Below, one piece after another: positions 63,219 through 64,000 of a DNA stretch of 64,000 nt. Numbering within the stretch: the first letter of the stretch is position 1; each line of letters starts with the position of its first letter. The stretch is taken from contig OZ242312.1 of the NCBI GenBank assembly GCA_965207805.1, forward strand, positions 1,068,748 to 1,132,747. Direction: 5' to 3'. The stretch comes from Gemmatimonadota bacterium (GTDB taxonomy: Bacteria > Gemmatimonadota > Gemmatimonadetes > Palauibacterales > Palauibacteraceae). Below the pieces are notes generated by a model that had not been told where the DNA came from, made no database searches, and saw only the letters and a program-made list of their open reading frames with translations. The translations under genes and the position numbers were made by a program.

Positions 63219-64000
63219 ATGGAAGACTCGAACGCTCTCATCGTGCGGGGGGCGCGGGAGCACAACCTCCGCGACGTCGACGTCGAACTGCCGCGCGACC
63301 GGCTCATCGTCGTCACCGGGCTCTCCGGCTCCGGCAAGTCCTCGCTCGCCTTCGACACCATCTACGCGGAGGGGCAGCGCCGCTACGTCGAATCCCTCTC
63401 CGCCTACGCCCGGCAGTTCCTCGGCGTCATGGAGAAGCCCGACGTCGACGTCATCGAGGGACTCTCGCCCGCCATCGCGATCGAGCAGCGCACCGCGGGC
63501 GGCAACCCCCGCTCCACCGTCGGCACCGTCACCGAGATCTACGACTACCTCCGGCTCCTGTGGGCCCGCGCCGGCACCCCCCACTGTCCCTCGTGCGGCA
63601 GCCCCGTGCGCCCGCAGTCCCCGTCGGAGATCGCGCAGCAGATTCTCGGCTGGCCCGCCGGTGCCCGCATCGAGGTCCGAGCCCCGCTCGTCAGGGGACG
63701 GAAGGGGGAGTTCCGCGACCTGTTCGAGCGCACGCTCAGTGAAGGCTTCGTGCGCGCGCGCGTGGACGGCGAACTCATCGACCTCTCCGACCCGCCCCTC
63801 CTGAACCGGCGCCGCAACCACGACATCTCCGTCGTCGTGGACCGGCTCCTCGTGCGCGCCTCCGACCGCGAGCGGCTGGCCGACTCCGTGGCGACCGCCC
63901 TCCGCATGGCCGACGGCGTCGTCGAGGTCGCCCTCCACACGGGCGACGGGGAGGCCACCGAGGGGGGGGCGAACGGAAAAAGGGAGACGCGGCACCTGTT
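63219..64000 (+). CDS. uvrA: Excinuclease ABC subunit A (UvrA), N-terminal fragment; continues past the window end
   Basis: ...[63 protein letters not shown]... (Walker A, ABC signature region, Zn-finger CPSCG). Confidence 0.92.
   Translation, partial: MEDSNALIVRGAREHNLRDVDVELPRDRLIVVTGLSGSGKSSLAFDTIYAEGQRRYVESLSAYARQFLGVMEKPDVDVIEGLSPAIAIEQRTAGGNPRSTVGTVTEIYDYLRLLWARAGTPHCPSCGSPVRPQSPSEIAQQILGWPAGARIEVRAPLVRGRKGEFRDLFERTLSEGFVRARVDGELIDLSDPPLLNRRRNHDISVVVDRLLVRASDRERLADSVATALRMADGVVEVALHTGDGEATEGGANGKRETRHL

Overview
This window is about 70% GC and densely coding, from a Gram-negative bacterium; BamA/TamA, TamB, Lgt, TonB-C and lipoprotein lipoboxes all point that way, and the organism could be Gemmatimonadota-like but this cannot be settled from the sequence. 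Genes are very often joined by 4-nt start/stop overlaps (GTGA/ATGA/TTGA). 

Three blocks:
- 1-17.5 kb, accessory-looking: MBL hydrolase, homocysteine S-methyltransferase plus cystathionine beta-synthase, an AT-rich VapBC toxin-antitoxin module, and a DUF454 gene next to tRNA-Arg(TCG). Two convergent operons of secreted or outer-membrane proteins follow: (a) NTF2-like, S9 peptidase and a tandem double CRTAC1-like FG-GAP/ASPIC giant; (b) YVTN beta-propeller, a 959-aa HExxH lipoprotein and an OM beta-barrel. The block ends at RNase P RNA (rnpB).
- 18-53.7 kb, core housekeeping, all on the + strand: M16 peptidase pair, NUDIX, ECF sigma/anti-sigma, holA, SPOR, mutS, TonB-C, ddl, rhomboid, EF-G paralog, yebC-ruvCAB, queA-tgt-yajC, def-fmt-thiE-thiS-thiG-rsmB, PASTA, YbbR, tsaD, lgt, TamA/TamB, DAG-kinase-like.
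- 53.7-64 kb: a peptidoglycan-recycling-like locus (NamZ divergent from a fused NagZ/AmiE-like GH3-beta-lactamase-fold protein, then an SSS transporter that appears to start at CTG). It is translationally coupled to a lipoprotein with five tandem 91-aa Ig-like repeats and a leishmanolysin-like (M8) domain. Two paralogous small coiled-coil proteins follow, one with seven tandem 'RFEAIDR' heptads, then partial uvrA.

The most unusual sequence-level signal is a dispersed perfect 16-nt palindrome, CGTTCCCGCGGGAACG. It occurs three times exactly plus one 1-mismatch copy, with shared flanks, and lies both in terminator-like intergenic positions and inside ORFs.

No CRISPR, integrase, transposase or prophage genes were seen.
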